From NCBI GenBank assembly GCA_038826715.1, contig JAWBOH010000001.1, positions 2,524-66,523 of the forward strand: a stretch of 64,000 nucleotides of DNA, read 5' to 3'. Positions within the stretch are counted from its first letter, which is position 1; each line of letters opens with the position of its first letter. The notes beneath the pieces were generated by a model. It was not told where the DNA came from and did not search any database. It saw only the letters and a program-made list of their open reading frames with translations. Shown piece by piece: positions 1-10,424 of this stretch. Origin of the DNA: Candidatus Bathyarchaeia archaeon (GTDB taxonomy: Archaea > Thermoproteota > Bathyarchaeia > Bathyarchaeales > Bathycorpusculaceae). A program made the position numbers and the translations under genes.

Positions 1-30
1 TCTTCGCTTGAAAACATCAGTATAACTAAA

Positions 31-558
31 ATGGTGATAAAAGAAACAGGCGAGACGTTGAGCGGTGTTCACGTTAATCCGTCAATTCCCCACGGGTCGA
101 TAGCCCCTGGCAACTGTGAAACGTTCCGCTGCACCTTCGACTGGAAATCTTTCCTGAAAAATCACGGCAGAAACTTGACGCTGACCCTTCATGTAACTGC
201 AGACGTTTCATTAGAGGAATACACGTTTCACTTTAAATTTACCCTTCCAGTGGCAAAACTAAACATAACTGAAGTAAACTGCTTTGAAACTGGCGGAACA
301 AGATATCTGAATTTTACGGTTAAAAACATGGGTTATTCTCTTTGGAATCTTGCAATGTCCAAAACTGTTATAATAGTGCAGGATTTGCCATATCCTCTGG
401 AATACGTTTTTCCCCAAAACCAGATAGTGGCTGAAGTGAACTGTGAAGTTGTTCTGCTCCTCCCTTTCGATTGGCAAAAACACTCAGGTAAAAATATAAC
501 TGTGACAGTGTTCACCGAAGAGCTTGTAGAGGTTCAGCAGAGTTACCGTATTCCATAA
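31..558 (+). CDS. Putative cell-surface/extracellular protein, C-terminal portion (two tandem beta-sandwich-like repeats); function unknown
   Basis: The frame is open from nt 1 (no stop in nt 1-30) and M31 has no signal peptide, so the gene is probably truncated by the window edge. Two ~85-aa segments share C-x-[ET]...FDW[KQ]...G[RK]N[LI]T[LV]T[LV]. Several N-x-S/T sequons. Confidence 0.45.
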   Translation: MVIKETGETLSGVHVNPSIPHGSIAPGNCETFRCTFDWKSFLKNHGRNLTLTLHVTADVSLEEYTFHFKFTLPVAKLNITEVNCFETGGTRYLNFTVKNMGYSLWNLAMSKTVIIVQDLPYPLEYVFPQNQIVAEVNCEVVLLLPFDWQKHSGKNITVTVFTEELVEVQQSYRIP

Positions 559-621
559 AAACATTAAGCAAGCGTTATTCTTAAAGCGTTAAAGTCGCAT
601 ATAAGTGCATGTTTAAATTTG

Positions 622-1614
622 TCATGTTATCTTAATGAATTTTCCTATACCTTTTTTCAATGCTTTGTCGTAGGCTATTTTTGCAGTGACAGCGTCTTGC
701 ACTGCCAAACCTGTGGATGTGAAAAGCGTTATTTCTTCAGGTTTCTCTCTGCCCTTCTTCAAACCAGCTATGATCTCGCCTATTTCAGCCCAAATGTTTT
801 CCCGAGTTATTATTCCAAGACTTAACGGCACATTTATTTCGCCTCCATGAGAAGCTTGTTCCCAATCATCCACAACCACCTTGGCCTTTTTTAAAACAGC
901 AGGGTCAACCTCTTCTTTTCCAGGAGCATCTGCACCTATGCAGTTGAAATGCGTTCCAAGAGAAACCATATCGTCCATTATCAGAGGTTGCCGCGAGGGT
1001 GTTGTGGTTACCACAATATCTGCTTCTTCAACAGCCATTTTTACACTTTCAACAGGCACTATTTCGCATGAACCGCCATGTTTCACGCTCATGTCCGCCG
1101 CGAATTCTTCAGCGGTCCCGTAAAGACCCCAAACCTTCACCATTTCAAATCTTCTGTAAACTTCAAGAAGTCCAGCCAGTTGGGTTCTAGCCTGCGCTCC
1201 AGCGCCAACCATGCCTACAATTCTTGAATCTCTTCTAGCAAGGTGCTTTGCAGCTATGCCTCCTGCAGCGCCAGTTCTCATGTCTGTTAAGGTTTTTCCG
1301 CTGATTAATGCTAAAGGAAAGCCGTTTTTAGGGTCTATAAGAACAACAACAGCCATAACTGTTGGCAAATTATATCTTGCCCTATTTTCAGGATGGGAAT
1401 TCACAATTTTAACAGCTGAAATGTCATACTTTTCCAGGTATGAAGGCATGACTCTCAAGTCGCCATTATGCTTGTTATAGAAAAGGTATGTTTTTGCAGG
1501 CATCTGAGTTCTTCCAAGACTTTTCTCAACAAAAGCCTTTTCAACAGCATCCATGACTTCCCTCATTGACAGAAGACTCTTAACTTCTTCATCGGCTAAC
1601 AGTAGGGTTTCCAA
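622..1614 (-). CDS. Ornithine cyclodeaminase/mu-crystallin family oxidoreductase, archaeal alanine-dehydrogenase-like
   Basis: 330 aa, colinear with the OCD/mu-crystallin family (TDMRTGAAGGIAAK, Rossmann VGAGAQA, VVTTTPS, IGADAPGKEE, EITLFTSTGLAVQD). Close to the archaeal AlaDH-type members as I recall them. Sequence alone cannot separate AlaDH from OCD activity. Confidence 0.8.
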   Translation of the reverse strand: METLLLADEEVKSLLSMREVMDAVEKAFVEKSLGRTQMPAKTYLFYNKHNGDLRVMPSYLEKYDISAVKIVNSHPENRARYNLPTVMAVVVLIDPKNGFPLALISGKTLTDMRTGAAGGIAAKHLARRDSRIVGMVGAGAQARTQLAGLLEVYRRFEMVKVWGLYGTAEEFAADMSVKHGGSCEIVPVESVKMAVEEADIVVTTTPSRQPLIMDDMVSLGTHFNCIGADAPGKEEVDPAVLKKAKVVVDDWEQASHGGEINVPLSLGIITRENIWAEIGEIIAGLKKGREKPEEITLFTSTGLAVQDAVTAKIAYDKALKKGIGKFIKIT

Positions 1615-1727
1615 GGTTTCCTCTCCAAGTACAATGACTGCTGTATAAATCAGTTTTGAGATATATCTTTTGGCTGCAAAACAAGAGTTTCAATGAATAA
1701 AAGCGTGGTTAGCTGACGCTTAAAAGT

Positions 1728-2627
1728 TCATGTGGGTACTCCTTCAGCAGGATCACCTAGAAGCTTCTCAAACTCAGCTATTAAATGCCGAGTTACAGGG
1801 CCTGGTTTGCCTTCACCTATTTTTCGCCCGTTAACCTCTGCTATAGGAGTTATTTCTGCAGCAGTACCTGTGAAGAATGCTTCATCCGCTGTAAACAATT
1901 CTGTTGGTGTTATGTTTCTTTCAATAAACGGATATCCAAGTTTTTCAGCCAATCTTATTATTACGTCCCTTGTTATTCCAGCAAGGAGACCTGTTGATGA
2001 TGGAGGAGTGACAAGTTTACCCTTTTTGACTATAAAGAGGTTTTCGCCGACTCCTTCGCTTATGTGGCCGTTCCTGTCTAAACATATAGCTTCGTCGAAT
2101 CCTGCAATGTTAGCTTCAATCTTTCCTAAAACACTGTTTAAATAGTTCAGTGACTTAATTTCATACGAAGCTGTGTCCACAGGGTTTCTCCTAACCCAGA
2201 CTATTAGCGCCTTTATCCCCTTCTCTTTTTCTTCCTTTGAATACAACTTTATTCTGTCAGCTATTATGATTACAGTGGGTTTACGGCATTTCCTCGGGTC
2301 AAGTCCTAGGTCGCCGACACCTCTCGTCACCACAAGCCGTATATAAGCATCTCGCAAACCGTTTTTCCGCAGAGTTTCCAGAACAGCATTTGTCATTTCC
2401 TCTTTTGTCAACGGTACATCTAACATTATGGCTTTCGCCGAGCGGTAGAGACGGTCTATATGCTCTTTCAGTTTAAAGACTACTCCCTTATAGGCACGGA
2501 TTCCTTCAAAAACACCGTCGCCGTATAGAAGCCCATGATCGAAAACTGAAATTTTCGCTTCAGATTTAGGATAGTATTCGCCGTTTATATAGACAAGAGG
2601 CTCTTTTTCCAAACATTCTTCCCTCAA
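1728..2627 (-). CDS. ilvE: Branched-chain amino acid aminotransferase (class IV PLP enzyme)
   Basis: 299 aa. Motifs [51 protein letters not shown]. Confidence 0.9.
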   Translation of the reverse strand: MREECLEKEPLVYINGEYYPKSEAKISVFDHGLLYGDGVFEGIRAYKGVVFKLKEHIDRLYRSAKAIMLDVPLTKEEMTNAVLETLRKNGLRDAYIRLVVTRGVGDLGLDPRKCRKPTVIIIADRIKLYSKEEKEKGIKALIVWVRRNPVDTASYEIKSLNYLNSVLGKIEANIAGFDEAICLDRNGHISEGVGENLFIVKKGKLVTPPSSTGLLAGITRDVIIRLAEKLGYPFIERNITPTELFTADEAFFTGTAAEITPIAEVNGRKIGEGKPGPVTRHLIAEFEKLLGDPAEGVPT

Positions 2628-2680
2628 GTTACAACCGCTTTTATCCAGTTCATAGCTGATATACTTTTTGCAGTTTTAAT

Positions 2681-4549
2681 TCAACTGTAAAACTGGGGTC
2701 TTTTTGAAACATGCTTTGGAAGGGGTAGAGGCTTGAAAGGTTTATCCTTAACGGCTTCTCTAGCTTCGCTTATTAACTCTTCAAGTTTCATTTTGCGTAT
2801 TTCACCTGTTTTTCTATCTCTGACGGGAAGCGTTTCAGATTCACATTCCCTTTGGCCTACAACGATTATGTAAGGAATCCACTCCATTTCCGCTTCACGG
2901 ATTCTTTTCTCTAAAGTTAAAGGTCTATCATCTATGTCAGCGCGTATTTGCTGAGCTTCAAGGTTTTCCACTATTTTCTCGGAGTGTTGAATAAACTTTT
3001 CAGACATGGGGATTATGCGAACTTGTGTCGGTGAAAGCCAAACCGGAAGCATTGGAGTTTTTCCTTTCCGCTGCTCTTTATAGGCTTTTTCAAGAAGTGC
3101 ATAGACGCATCTTTCCACCGCGCCGCTGGGGGAACAATGCAGTATAAGCGGGTAACGTTTTTCTCCTTTCTCATCCACATATGTTATGTTGTATCTTTTC
3201 GCGTTTTCCACATCTATTTGGTCTGTTGATAAAGCTGCTGCCTTGTCCTGATTGTCTACAAAGTTAAACTCCCATTTAAGCCTAAAATAAAAGAAAGGTT
3301 CCCTCCAAACTTCAACTAGAACAGGCTTACCAAAAATTTTCACAAGGTCAACTATGAAGTCGCTGTTTTCCTCGTAGAATTCTTTTGTGAAGCGTATTGC
3401 CGCCTCATAGTCTTCCTTACAGAGACCCACATCATTTAGCACTTGCATGCAAAGCTTGAATCTTGTTACAAACTCTTTTTTGGCCTGTTCAAGGTCAACG
3501 CAGAAAGCATGGCAGTCTGGCATTGTAAAAGTGCGGAGACGCCTTAACCCTACAACCTCGCCACTTTTCTCACGTCTAAAACTGTATTTTGTTAACTCGT
3601 AAACTTTTAAAGGCATATGCTTATATGACAATTGCGCATCATGAACCATTAAAAACTGTCCGAAACACGCTGCAAACCGTAAGAAAAGCTCCTTATCCTC
3701 TGATTTGAGAAGGTACTGCCTAGCTGGGAAACGGTTAACATAGTCTGCAAGGCTTGGATGTTGAAAATCATACATGACTGGGGTTTCAACTTCCATGGCA
3801 CCATACTCCGCAACCTTTGCTGTTACGTACTGCTCAATGAGTGATTTTATAAGTCTCCCTTTTGGATACCATCGGATGTTTCCAGGATCGCTTCCTGACT
3901 CGTAATCAGCTATTTCAAGTCTCTTCATTAAAGATACATGGGGCGGCGTCTGCTGGCTCGCCCGAACCTTTGAAATCTCGTACTTTGCGAATTTCTCAAG
4001 GTTCTCATGTCCTTGAAAGTTGAATTCTTCAACTGGAATCATGCTGCCGTCCAGCTGCAAAATATACCAGAATGACTCCAATTTTTCTTCAGCTTTTAAC
4101 GCTTCTGAAACTTTCTCAACCTCTAGCTTTTCCAGTTTTGCAGCAGTTATGACGCGGGATTGCTCCGCCAAAGGATGTCCCTTTATCGATATTGTAAACT
4201 GTTTGTTCCAACCGAAGGGTGCACTATACGTTTCTATACCTTTTGCCTTTGCATAAGCCTCCATGGCTTTGACAACTTTCACAGCTTCATCGGGTTTTGC
4301 AAGGTTGCTGCTGAGATGGGCATATGGATATATTAGAATACGGTTAACTTTCATTTTTTCAATAAAAGATTTAACCTCATCTATGGCTTTTATAGCCACT
4401 GCCTCGCTGTCTCCCTCTTCCACAGCTGTGAATAAAACAACAATTTCTTCAAGACGTTTCGCTTCTCTGCCTGTTTCTTCAGCTGTAGCTATCTCCTTCT
4501 GAATCGGCTTATATTCGATGTAGTTGGAGTGTAATTGCAATATACGCAT
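2681..4549 (-). CDS. thrS: Threonyl-tRNA synthetase, archaeal type with N-terminal editing domain
   Basis: 622 aa. Archaeal-specific N-terminal editing domain, class II catalytic core (FRREKSGEVVGLRRLRTFTMPDCH, GAVERCV) and C-terminal anticodon-binding domain. Confidence 0.95.
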   Translation of the reverse strand: MRILQLHSNYIEYKPIQKEIATAEETGREAKRLEEIVVLFTAVEEGDSEAVAIKAIDEVKSFIEKMKVNRILIYPYAHLSSNLAKPDEAVKVVKAMEAYAKAKGIETYSAPFGWNKQFTISIKGHPLAEQSRVITAAKLEKLEVEKVSEALKAEEKLESFWYILQLDGSMIPVEEFNFQGHENLEKFAKYEISKVRASQQTPPHVSLMKRLEIADYESGSDPGNIRWYPKGRLIKSLIEQYVTAKVAEYGAMEVETPVMYDFQHPSLADYVNRFPARQYLLKSEDKELFLRFAACFGQFLMVHDAQLSYKHMPLKVYELTKYSFRREKSGEVVGLRRLRTFTMPDCHAFCVDLEQAKKEFVTRFKLCMQVLNDVGLCKEDYEAAIRFTKEFYEENSDFIVDLVKIFGKPVLVEVWREPFFYFRLKWEFNFVDNQDKAAALSTDQIDVENAKRYNITYVDEKGEKRYPLILHCSPSGAVERCVYALLEKAYKEQRKGKTPMLPVWLSPTQVRIIPMSEKFIQHSEKIVENLEAQQIRADIDDRPLTLEKRIREAEMEWIPYIIVVGQRECESETLPVRDRKTGEIRKMKLEELISEAREAVKDKPFKPLPLPKHVSKRPQFYS

Positions 4550-4572
4550 TTTCCTTCCGTTTCCTCCTATTT

Positions 4573-4785
4573 TTAAATACTCTTAAAACGCCACTGCTCA
4601 ATTTTCCTGTCCTTTCTGGTCTTCTTCTTAAACTGTTTATAGTGGCTTTCACACAGGTACGCTCGTCTATCGCTACTGCTGATGCCTAGCCCTGCAAGCC
4701 TCACCTTCTCTGCTGAGAGGGAACGTGCAGCCTCTTTGCTGCATCCTGGAACGCTGCATTTTACACCCCTTGCAACACGTCCCAA
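4573..4785 (-). CDS. Small basic zinc-binding protein (C-x2-C ... C-x2-H), function unknown
   Basis: 70 aa. CSVPGC...CESH metal-ligand pattern and a Lys/Arg-rich tail. TTG start preceded by SD-like GGTGAGG (4794-4800) with an 8-nt spacer. Confidence 0.5.
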   Translation of the reverse strand: MGRVARGVKCSVPGCSKEAARSLSAEKVRLAGLGISSSDRRAYLCESHYKQFKKKTRKDRKIEQWRFKSI

Positions 4786-4841
4786 ACGCTAACCCTCACC
4801 ATCCACGACTGTTTCACACTTCTAAATCAATACAATGTGCT

Positions 4842-5807
4842 TCATTGCTTAATTTCTTTCTCATAAAGAACATTTGCCCTCCTGTAAATCTCTTCTTTGT
4901 CGCCGAAAAATGTCGGCCCCACTCCCTCCACAACCATAGAAGCTGCGGCTGAGCCAACACACGCACACCACAAGGTTTCCCTGCCGCGAATATACTCTGC
5001 GAGAAAACCGCCGATAAAAGTGTCTCCTGCTCCTGTTGGATCCACAATTCTGCTGGACCGGTAAGGCGGAATATTATAGCAGTCTCCTGCAATTGAAACC
5101 AATGCACCCTTCGCTCCCAAGGTCACTATGACTGTTTCCACACCGAAGTTGTGGACAGCCTTTATCGCCGATGCTAAGTCTGCCTCGCCAGTAACTGCCT
5201 CAATCTCTTCATGCGAGGATTTATACAGGTTTAAAAGTTCAAGAATACGCTTATCCCTTAAAGGTTCGTTTGCCACGAATCCTTCCTCATTGAAAGCTCG
5301 GACAAGTCCCTGAGGATCCAGAGATAGAACTTCGGCAGACTTCTTCATTTCTACGGCAACTTCATGTGAGATTTCATTGGCTATAGGAGCCAAATGAACA
5401 ACTTTGGCTTCCAAAGAGTTCGGTAAATCTTCAACTGTTATTGGCGGCGCCCTTTTTATCAGCCGCAAGGTGCGGTTGGACATGTCGCTGTTATATTCTA
5501 ACATAAACCTTGTGGTTTTTTCATGCTTAATCCTAACAACTTCGGAGAGGTCTACCCCCTCTTGGCTAAGCCACCAAACATAGGCCTCTGGGAAATCTCC
5601 GCCAACCTTAGACATTACGGAAACATTTGCGCCTAAACGCCTAGCTGAAAGGGAAACATAAGTTACTGATCCTCCTAAAACATTGTATGGACGCTGCTTG
5701 TTTGGCAAGCTTATAGAATCTATACAGAAATGTCCCACTGAAACAATGTCAAAATGATCGAACTTAAACGCCCCCCGTTTATACAAGTTTGAAACATTAG
5801 TTTTCAC
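4842..5807 (-). CDS. PfkB-family carbohydrate/nucleoside kinase
   Basis: 321 aa. N-terminal GGS.TYV motif and C-terminal PfkB signature DPTGAGDTFIGGF. Substrate not assignable from sequence. Confidence 0.85.
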   Translation of the reverse strand: MKTNVSNLYKRGAFKFDHFDIVSVGHFCIDSISLPNKQRPYNVLGGSVTYVSLSARRLGANVSVMSKVGGDFPEAYVWWLSQEGVDLSEVVRIKHEKTTRFMLEYNSDMSNRTLRLIKRAPPITVEDLPNSLEAKVVHLAPIANEISHEVAVEMKKSAEVLSLDPQGLVRAFNEEGFVANEPLRDKRILELLNLYKSSHEEIEAVTGEADLASAIKAVHNFGVETVIVTLGAKGALVSIAGDCYNIPPYRSSRIVDPTGAGDTFIGGFLAEYIRGRETLWCACVGSAAASMVVEGVGPTFFGDKEEIYRRANVLYEKEIKQ

Positions 5808-5960
5808 ATTAGCGTGTGTAAAACCCTTTCATCTTTTAAGCCTTCCCTTTTCAAGTGGTTAAATGATCTTTATTTTGTTGAGCATCGTGAAGTTTTCTGC
5901 GCAAAATTTTCAATTAGGCGTTTCCAGGTGAACCAAATCTTTTGAAGAAGCATGTTATGC

Positions 5961-6317
5961 TTAAAACCTTGATTGAAGCATTAGAATAGCCTTCGCCAAG
6001 TCTCCATCGCATTCTTCCAACGCCTTTCTAGCCTCTTCAAGGCTTTTACCTGTCTGGTCTGCCACAAGCTTTACGTCTTCTTCAGGTATGGCTGGCTTCT
6101 GTTTAACAGCTTTTTCTGTTATTTTTCCTCCAGCCACTTGGAACATTTTTTGCCCTTGAACGTCGACGACGGCAACCTCTGGTTTTACAATGACTATCTC
6201 TTTTTCGCTTGTTTTTATGACTACCTCTTCAACTTCCTCTATGGCGTCCATGCTTAAGCCCATCCGCTGCATCATGCGTTTTGCTTCGCGGGGACTTATG
6301 CGTCTGCGCATCAACAA
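5961..6317 (-). CDS. nac: Nascent polypeptide-associated complex protein (archaeal NAC alpha)
   Basis: 118 aa. NAC beta-barrel region plus C-terminal UBA-like helix bundle (DVKLVADQTGKSLEEARKALEECDGDLAKAILML). Confidence 0.85.
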   Translation of the reverse strand: MLMRRRISPREAKRMMQRMGLSMDAIEEVEEVVIKTSEKEIVIVKPEVAVVDVQGQKMFQVAGGKITEKAVKQKPAIPEEDVKLVADQTGKSLEEARKALEECDGDLAKAILMLQSRF

Positions 6318-6362
6318 TTTTCATCTCCTAAACGCTTAATATGATTTAGGCTATCCCCATAC

Positions 6363-6845
6363 TTAACTTTCTTCATTACAGCCTCTTCTAACTTTAACCG
6401 CGACGCCGCTTTTAAAGGCTATCATCTCCTCTCCAGACAATACAGCCTTACCGACAGCCAGAACCTCGCCTTCCTCGTTTACCACTATAACCTCTTCTTT
6501 CGGCCGAACTTCTCTGTCTGCCTTTAAAACGTGATTTGCAAAAACATCGCCTCCCTCTGCAACAAACTTTGCAACATTGTTTTGGACGGTGACAACGCAC
6601 TTAGCTGGAGCCTTATTTTCAACAATTCTTTTAGCGCCTTCAATGCTTAATGAGAAAAGACCGTCTATTGGACGGAGAGTGGCAAGCCTTTTTCCTTCAA
6701 AATGTATGTAGCGTATCCTGCCAGTGCGTTTCGAGTAGGTTATCTCCACGTTTTCTGGAAAGAGTTTTTCGCCAACTCCTTTTCCGAACTGGTAGTCAGC
6801 TACGCTTCTAATCCTTCGCAGAGGATCTTCCAAATTCAGCCCCAC
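6363..6845 (-). CDS. PUA-domain RNA-binding protein
   Basis: 160 aa. N-terminal pre-PUA segment and C-terminal PUA-like segment (VAKFVAEGGDVFANHVL...VIVVNEEGEVLAVGKAVLSGEEM). Confidence 0.75.
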   Translation of the reverse strand: MGLNLEDPLRRIRSVADYQFGKGVGEKLFPENVEITYSKRTGRIRYIHFEGKRLATLRPIDGLFSLSIEGAKRIVENKAPAKCVVTVQNNVAKFVAEGGDVFANHVLKADREVRPKEEVIVVNEEGEVLAVGKAVLSGEEMIAFKSGVAVKVRRGCNEES

Positions 6846-6926
6846 TTATTTCGATTAGTATTCGACAACTATAAACATGACTAAGTGTCAAGTATTAAAA
6901 GAGTTTAAAGAGGAGCGCTTTTAAGG

Positions 6927-7472
6927 TTGCGCTGTGAAGTTTGTGGACGGAAAATTCAAGGTAAACCTTTCAAAGTTATGATTGAAGAAGCGAAGCTAAC
7001 AGTTTGCAGTGAATGCTCAAAACATGGAACGCCAGTATGGGAAGAATCTAAACCAGCTTCAACACTTCAACCGAAACCTAAAACTGCATTAATGCATGTA
7101 AAACCTCGACAATTGAAGAATCGAGACGTAGGGAAAACCCGGGAGATCGTTGAGGCGTCACTTGAGCTTGTCGAAGATTTTGATGTGAAGGTTAGACAAG
7201 CTAGGGAAAAAATGGGACTAACCCATGAGGATTTGGGGAGAAAGATAAACGAAAAAGTTTCTGTTCTCAGAAAAATCGAAACAAGAAAAATTAAACCAGA
7301 CGATAAAATTGCAGCCAAACTTGAACGCGCATTGAAAATTAAGCTTCTAATGCCAGCACCCGAGGAAAAAACTTCCAGAACAGTTTTTTCTAAACCGTCC
7401 AGCAGTGGAATCACCCTTGGAGACCTTATGAAACTGAAAAAGGATGAGGGAAAAACGGAGGAGAAAACTTAA
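6927..7472 (+). CDS. mbf1: Multiprotein-bridging factor 1 (MBF1) family HTH protein with N-terminal zinc ribbon
   Basis: TTG start. CEVCGRK...CSECSKHG zinc ribbon plus cro/C1-type HTH (GLTHEDLGRKINEKVSVLRKIE). Confidence 0.8.
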   Translation: MRCEVCGRKIQGKPFKVMIEEAKLTVCSECSKHGTPVWEESKPASTLQPKPKTALMHVKPRQLKNRDVGKTREIVEASLELVEDFDVKVRQAREKMGLTHEDLGRKINEKVSVLRKIETRKIKPDDKIAAKLERALKIKLLMPAPEEKTSRTVFSKPSSSGITLGDLMKLKKDEGKTEEKT

Positions 7473-7486
7473 CGAAAGCCATAATA

Positions 7487-8737
7487 GTGCAGCGCAGAAG
7501 GCCTTTTGAACCATTCACCCTTGACGAGCTTAATAGTTTAGCTGAGTCAGCAGGGTATACTGTTGCTGGAAGAATTGAACAGGTAAGAGCACCTGACCCG
7601 CGATACCAGATAGGATATGGCAAGATAAAAGAACTCGCTGAGCTTGTGAAAAAAACAGAAGCGCAAAAAATAATTTTCGACAACCCGCTGAAACCTGTTC
7701 AAGCCTATAACATAGCCAAAGAAACAGGCGTAGAAGCAATAGACCGTTTCCAACTGATCTTAGAAATATTTGCAAGGAGAGCTGCAACAACTGAGGCTAA
7801 GCTGCAGATCCAATTGGCAAGACTTAAATATGAATTGGCGCGTGCAAGGGAGAAGGTTAGGCTTGCAAAAATGGGTGAACAGCCAGGTTTCATGGGACTT
7901 GGAGCCTACGAGGTAGATGTTTACTACGAAACTGTTAAGCGTCAAATACAAACAATAAACGAAAAACTTGGAAAAATCAGGAAAAAACGTGTTTTACACC
8001 GCGAACGAAGGATTGAACTTGGGTTTCCAGCCATTTCTCTGGCGGGATATACAAATGCTGGGAAAAGCTGTCTGTTTAATGCACTGACAAAGGAAGAGGT
8101 TCCGGTGGACAACGCCCTCTTCACAACTTTGTCAACAACGACGAGGCTTGTTAAATTTTCAAGAAAAAAGTTTCTTTTAACCGATACTGTTGGCTTCATA
8201 GACCGTTTGCCCCTCACCCTGATAGAAGCTTTCAGATCAACGTTAGAGGAAACTATATATTCAGACTTAATACTGCTCGTTGTAGACGTGAGCGAACCAT
8301 TGGACACCATTAAAAAGAAGCTTTCTGTATGTCTAGAAACAATAGAACGTATAGGAGCTTCAGGGATAAAAATTATAACTGCACTGAACAAAATTGATCT
8401 ATTATCCGAAACAGAGCTTCGGCAAAAACTTGAAATTCTGAAAGAGAAGGCTCCGGAACCAGTACCTATATCTGCACTTTACAGTCTAAACTTGGACCAG
8501 TTGAAAGAAGAAATAAATCAAAACTTGCAGAACTATGTTCAAGCATCCTTTTACCTTCACTTAACAAATGAAGCTTTGCCTTTCCTTTCATGGCTTTTCA
8601 GCCGTGTAGAGGGCAAGGAAATTAGATACTTAGATGATGAGGCTTATGTGGTTTTTGAAGCAACGCCATGGTTTGCTGAAAAAGTGAAAGGCCGCGTTGA
8701 ACAGCTTGGTGGAAAAATTGAAAGCTTCAAATATTGA
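7487..8737 (+). CDS. hflX: GTPase HflX
   Basis: 416 aa, GTG start. N-terminal HflX domain. G1 GYTNAGKS, G3 DTVGF, G4 NKID. Confidence 0.9.
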   Translation: MQRRRPFEPFTLDELNSLAESAGYTVAGRIEQVRAPDPRYQIGYGKIKELAELVKKTEAQKIIFDNPLKPVQAYNIAKETGVEAIDRFQLILEIFARRAATTEAKLQIQLARLKYELARAREKVRLAKMGEQPGFMGLGAYEVDVYYETVKRQIQTINEKLGKIRKKRVLHRERRIELGFPAISLAGYTNAGKSCLFNALTKEEVPVDNALFTTLSTTTRLVKFSRKKFLLTDTVGFIDRLPLTLIEAFRSTLEETIYSDLILLVVDVSEPLDTIKKKLSVCLETIERIGASGIKIITALNKIDLLSETELRQKLEILKEKAPEPVPISALYSLNLDQLKEEINQNLQNYVQASFYLHLTNEALPFLSWLFSRVEGKEIRYLDDEAYVVFEATPWFAEKVKGRVEQLGGKIESFKY

Positions 8738-9335
8738 AATACCGTCAAAAATTTTTGTGCTCAGGTGGGGACACCGTGCCAAAAGGGACATGCGGTTAAC
8801 AACCCATGTGGCTTTAACAGCCAGAGCCTTAGGCGCTTCAGGCTTCATACTCTCTGACATAGAAGACGAAAAAATAAAGGCAACAGTGGAAAAAGTTGTG
8901 AAAAACTGGGGCGGGCCTTTCCATTTCGAGATGGGAGTTTCATGGAGAGAAGCTGTTAAAAAATGGAAGGCTGAAAACGGAATAGTTGTCCACCTTACAG
9001 CTTACGGAGAAAACATTGAAACAAGCGACGTGTTGAATAGAATAAGAGCCATGAGCAAGAACATCCTGATCATTGTTGGAAGCCAAAAAGTTCCCAGAGA
9101 ATTCTTTTCGCCTGTTGTTTCAGATTTTAATGTAGCAATTGGAAATCAACCTCACTCGGAATGTGCAAGCCTAGCGGTTTTTCTAGACAGACTTTTTGAA
9201 GGCAAAGAATTGTCAAAGACATTTGAAAACGCGAAGCTTATGATAATTCCTCAGAAAAGGGGGAAAAAATTGGTTAGAAAGTCGAATTTGGCTCTTAAGC
9301 CGGAAAAGAAATTTAAATTGAAATCTGCAAAATAA
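8718..9335 (+). CDS. trm56: tRNA (cytidine56-2'-O)-methyltransferase Trm56 (SPOUT)
   Basis: Diagnostic [29 protein letters not shown]. The ORF is open from 8697. The TTG at 8718 has SD-like GGTGGA (8708-8713) 4 nt upstream. It overlaps the hflX stop. Confidence 0.8.
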   Translation: MKASNIEIPSKIFVLRWGHRAKRDMRLTTHVALTARALGASGFILSDIEDEKIKATVEKVVKNWGGPFHFEMGVSWREAVKKWKAENGIVVHLTAYGENIETSDVLNRIRAMSKNILIIVGSQKVPREFFSPVVSDFNVAIGNQPHSECASLAVFLDRLFEGKELSKTFENAKLMIIPQKRGKKLVRKSNLALKPEKKFKLKSAK

Positions 9336-9379
9336 TATACTGAAAAGAATAGTTTAATGCTTAACAAAGAAGGATAAAC

Positions 9380-9892
9380 ATGGTATCGACAATTGATGAT
9401 GCCACACTAATGAAGGTTGCAGAAGCTTTAGGCGAGGAGGAAGCTGTAAAATTAATCGAGATGCTTAAAAATTCAGATGAAATAACAGACGACGAAATAG
9501 CAAACAAGACAGGTATAAGGCTTAACAACGTGCGTAAAATCCTCTACAGGCTTTACGACCACTCGCTTGTAAGCTTAAGAAGAACAAGAGATCCCAAAAC
9601 CGGATGGTTCATATTTCACTGGAAACTGCAACCCGACCAGCTTGAAGGCTTCGTACTAAGCCAAAAACGGAAAGTCTTCGAAAAACTAAACATTCGACTG
9701 GAGTACGAGAAAAATCATGACTTTTATTATTGCTACACGCCAGGCTGCAGGCGGGTCCCTTTTGAGGAAGCCGTTGAACTCGTGTTTAAATGTCCTGCAT
9801 GTGGCAAACCTTTAATGCACTACGACAACGAGCGAATAGTTGCAGTTTTAATGCAGAAAGTTGAACAGTTAAGGAAGGAGCTTGGTGAGTGA
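9380..9892 (+). CDS. tfe: Transcription factor E (TFE alpha)
   Basis: 170 aa. Winged-helix N-terminus and a zinc ribbon (CYTPGC...CPACGKPL). Confidence 0.85.
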   Translation: MVSTIDDATLMKVAEALGEEEAVKLIEMLKNSDEITDDEIANKTGIRLNNVRKILYRLYDHSLVSLRRTRDPKTGWFIFHWKLQPDQLEGFVLSQKRKVFEKLNIRLEYEKNHDFYYCYTPGCRRVPFEEAVELVFKCPACGKPLMHYDNERIVAVLMQKVEQLRKELGE

Positions 9893-10424
9893 GAGGCTTC
9901 CAACAGGAGAGCAAGCCTTACAATTTTTGCGGGAAAATGGATGTTGGGAAAACGTTATAAAACACTGTGAAGCAGTAAAGGAACTTGCAGTTGAAATCGC
10001 AAAGAAATGCATCGAAAAAGGTTTAACCGTTAACTTGAAACTTGTGGAGATAGGAGCCCTTCTGCATGACATCGGAAGGGCGAAAACCCACAGCGTTCAT
10101 CACGCGGTTATAGGATCGCAAATCGCTCAAAAACTAGGCTTACCTGAATCTGTAATATCGATAATAAAAAGACATGTGGGCGGCGGAATAACAATGGAAG
10201 AAGCTGAGAAACTCGGATGGCCGAAAGATGTTTACACTCCCGAAACCCTTGAAGAGAAAATCGTGGCTTATGCAGATAAACTAATAGAAGGTTCAAAAAG
10301 GGTTCCAATAGAAAAAACTATCGATAAGCTTTCTAAAGAACTTTCATCTTCTGCAATAGCGCGGATAAAAAAACTCCACATGGAAATTTCAGCCCTAACC
10401 GGAGATTGCGAATGCCAACAGTGA
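9882..10424 (+). CDS. HD-domain (HDIG-type) phosphohydrolase
   Basis: 180 aa. H...LLHDIGR...H...KRHVGGG metal-binding pattern. Overlaps the tfe stop, so it is operonic. Confidence 0.8.
   Translation: MVSERLPTGEQALQFLRENGCWENVIKHCEAVKELAVEIAKKCIEKGLTVNLKLVEIGALLHDIGRAKTHSVHHAVIGSQIAQKLGLPESVISIIKRHVGGGITMEEAEKLGWPKDVYTPETLEEKIVAYADKLIEGSKRVPIEKTIDKLSKELSSSAIARIKKLHMEISALTGDCECQQ

Noticed and set aside
4842-5807. The PfkB kinase as the ribose-1-phosphate kinase of the pentose-bisphosphate pathway linked to RuBisCO and AMP phosphorylase.
   Set aside because: The gene is 7 kb from rbcL and the genes between are unrelated. PfkB substrate specificity cannot be read from the motifs I can see. This is pure speculation.
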